A stretch of DNA of 54,327 bases, counting the filler, from a bacterium (GTDB lineage Bacteria > JBBIVP01), in NCBI GenBank assembly GCA_037439705.1. It is 21 parts of 21 records of this genome, joined end to end, with 100 filler letters (N's around TTAATTAATTAA, not from the genome) between each part and the next. Parts side by side here need not be neighbours in the genome. Positions count along the whole stretch, not along the records: positions 52,216 to 54,327 come from JBBIVP010000239.1; 20 more parts are not named here. The stretch is one strand, 5' to 3'. The number at the start of each line of letters is the position of its first letter. Positions within the stretch are counted from its first letter, which is position 1. A model generated the notes under the pieces. It worked only from the letters and a program-made list of their open reading frames with translations, was not told the origin of the DNA and did no database searches. Shown here piece by piece: positions 52,604-54,327 of this stretch. The position numbers and the translations under genes were made by a program.

Positions 52604-53254
52604 ATGGAGTTTTATTATTTTAAAACATCCTCTAGCAAAAAGCTCCCTTTTGTAGAATACTATGAAAACTTGGGACTAAAAATAAAAGGATTGACAAAAG
52701 ATGAAATTCCATTTTTGCTGGAACAGAGAATGCTTGCGGAGGAACTCGCATTTTTGCCTTTTGAAACTTCCCAGTTCAGGGAAGAATGGAAAAGGATTTC
52801 TGAAGAAATAGAGAGGCTCGGAATTAAGAAAGCATTTTCTTCATCAGAAATAATTTCTAAATTTCTTGAGAAAAAAGAGGCTTTTCCGGAGTTGAAGGTG
52901 GGTAAGGGCGAAGAGGGATATATTTATTTCCTTTATACCTTCAGTCCCCAGAAAAAAAGACTGGGAGGAGTTTTCAGCCCACATAAAAGGTTAACTAAGA
53001 GAAGCCCATTAAAAATCCTTGACAGAAAAGAGGATAACATTCTTTCTTCTTTTGTTGACGAAGTGGCTCAAAAAAATTCGTTCAAAGGAATTGTTCTTTT
53101 TCGTTTGCAGAGAAAAGGAGAAACTGCCTCTCTTATAGAAATTGACCCCCTTCCTGACCTTTCCTATCCCGATAAAGAAGCTGTAAAAATTGCCTCTGCT
53201 TTCGGTTACACCTATGAGACCCTTTTAAATATGCTCATTAAGACACTTGAATAA
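52604..53254 (+). CDS. Hypothetical protein, degenerate D-Ala-D-Ala ligase/ATP-grasp-like
   Basis: IERLGI, LIEIDPLPDL, AFGYTYETLLNMLI resemble Ddl segments. Confidence 0.45.
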   Translation: MEFYYFKTSSSKKLPFVEYYENLGLKIKGLTKDEIPFLLEQRMLAEELAFLPFETSQFREEWKRISEEIERLGIKKAFSSSEIISKFLEKKEAFPELKVGKGEEGYIYFLYTFSPQKKRLGGVFSPHKRLTKRSPLKILDRKEDNILSSFVDEVAQKNSFKGIVLFRLQRKGETASLIEIDPLPDLSYPDKEAVKIASAFGYTYETLLNMLIKTLE

Positions 53255-53259
53255 AAAGT

Positions 53260-53634
53260 TTATGATTTCCACAATCCGTGAAGGTTGCAATGTTCTCTGA
53301 CTTTCAAAATTTTTCCTGAGCATTCAAATTCAGCTTCAGGTTTTTCTCCCGGTTTGAGAAACACAATGTGGGTTCCATTCTCTGAGATTACTTCTATCCA
53401 TTCAATGTAATGCTTCTCTTCCATTGGATGAGGTACAGAACCGACCTTTACCTTAACTCCTTTCTGAGTTTTTTCTACTACAGGAACATGTTTTTCTTTC
53501 CCCTGATCTTCAGTTTTTTCTTCAAGTAGTGTCATTGGCTGTCCACAGCATACAAGCTGTCCAGCGGCTCTGTGAAGAACCGTTACAATGTTTCCACATA
53601 CCTTACATCTGTACACCTGAAGTCTGTCAGTCAT
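53260..53634 (-). CDS. dfx: Desulfoferrodoxin (2Fe superoxide reductase)
   Basis: CKVCGN...CCG, EKHVP, HPM...HYIEWI, CNLHGLW. Confidence 0.95.
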   Translation of the reverse strand: MTDRLQVYRCKVCGNIVTVLHRAAGQLVCCGQPMTLLEEKTEDQGKEKHVPVVEKTQKGVKVKVGSVPHPMEEKHYIEWIEVISENGTHIVFLKPGEKPEAEFECSGKILKVREHCNLHGLWKS

Positions 53635-53717
53635 GGCAACCTCCTTTTTGTTTTATTTCTGAATTTAAATATAATACAAATTTTTTAACTGTCAAGAATT
53701 TTTAACTTGCAAATTTT

Positions 53718-54327
53718 TCATTCGGTGAAAAATGGATTATAGAGTTTTTCTTCCTTTATTGTAGTTGAAGGACCGTGACCCGGGTAAACAATGGTTTCAT
53801 CTGGAAGAGTAAATATTTTCTCTTTTACTCCATTTATCAAACTTTCATAATCACCTCCCGGAAGGTCTGTTCTTCCTATGGAGCCCTGAAATAAAACATC
53901 TCCCGAGATAAGGATGGGAGGAGAATAAAAGCAGAGTCCCCCGGGAGAATGTCCCGGGATGTGAATCGCTTTAAGTTTTATGCTTCCTGCTTCTATTTCT
54001 TGCCTGTCTTCTACATAGAAATCAATTTTAGGAGTCCGAAAGGGAGGTAGTCCGAAAAGGGGAGCCTGAATTGGAGCGGTTTTGAGAAGGAGTTTTTCAG
54101 CAGGATGCATTCCTATCGGACACTTCAGAAGGTCTTTTAATTCTTTTGCACCCGCTACATGGTCAACATGTGCATGGGTTAGAAGAATCATTTTTGTTGT
54201 TAAATTCAATCTTCCGATTTCCAGATAAATTTCGTCAACATCTCCTCCGGGGTCAAACACCACTGCATCTTTTGTTTTTAGATTGTATAAAATATGGCAG
54301 TTTGTAGCGAGTGGTCCAACTATTACA
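53718..54327 (-). CDS. MBL-fold metallo-hydrolase, glyoxalase II-like (5' truncated)
   Basis: THAHVDH, PGHSPG, GDVLF.GSIGRTD, PGHG. Confidence 0.92.
   Translation of the reverse strand, partial: VIVGPLATNCHILYNLKTKDAVVFDPGGDVDEIYLEIGRLNLTTKMILLTHAHVDHVAGAKELKDLLKCPIGMHPAEKLLLKTAPIQAPLFGLPPFRTPKIDFYVEDRQEIEAGSIKLKAIHIPGHSPGGLCFYSPPILISGDVLFQGSIGRTDLPGGDYESLINGVKEKIFTLPDETIVYPGHGPSTTIKEEKLYNPFFTE

Overview
This window is not one locus. It is 21 short contigs (about 2.1-2.75 kb, sorted by decreasing length) joined by 20 artificial 100-bp spacers (N44-TTAATTAATTAA-N44), so gene neighbourhoods are only meaningful within a contig and many ORFs are cut at contig ends. The DNA is AT-rich with Glu/Lys/Ile-rich proteins. 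The gene set (NfnAB, desulfoferrodoxin, LolA, a RomR-like protein, a MYXO-CTERM-like tail, Tad proteins) suggests an anaerobic, probably thermophilic, diderm deltaproteobacterium/Myxococcota-like MAG (inference). Most content is housekeeping: ftsK-lolA, ttcA, Hsp70, hemB, yebC-ruvC, clpB, tatA, ispE, uppS-dxr-rseP, ilvB, ilvN-ilvC-psd. The most notable signals are: (1) a 177-bp tandem array starting inside tRNA-Arg(ACG), in which every unit repeats the tRNA 3' end, contains its own antisense 10-mer and creates a small antisense ORF; (2) a recurring leaderless-mRNA promoter architecture in front of at least 8 genes; (3) a ~160-bp TIR-bounded MITE family in 3 copies plus a repeated 55-bp IS-like end; (4) a DUF5678-like plus retropepsin-like gene pair with an altered DTD motif; (5) an in-frame amber stop in dxr and an apparent CTG start for ispE; (6) a Cys-less HMGS-fold/DUF35 fusion plus thiolase resembling PhlABC. 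No CRISPR array or rRNA was seen. Family assignments are from motif recognition only; no searches were run.
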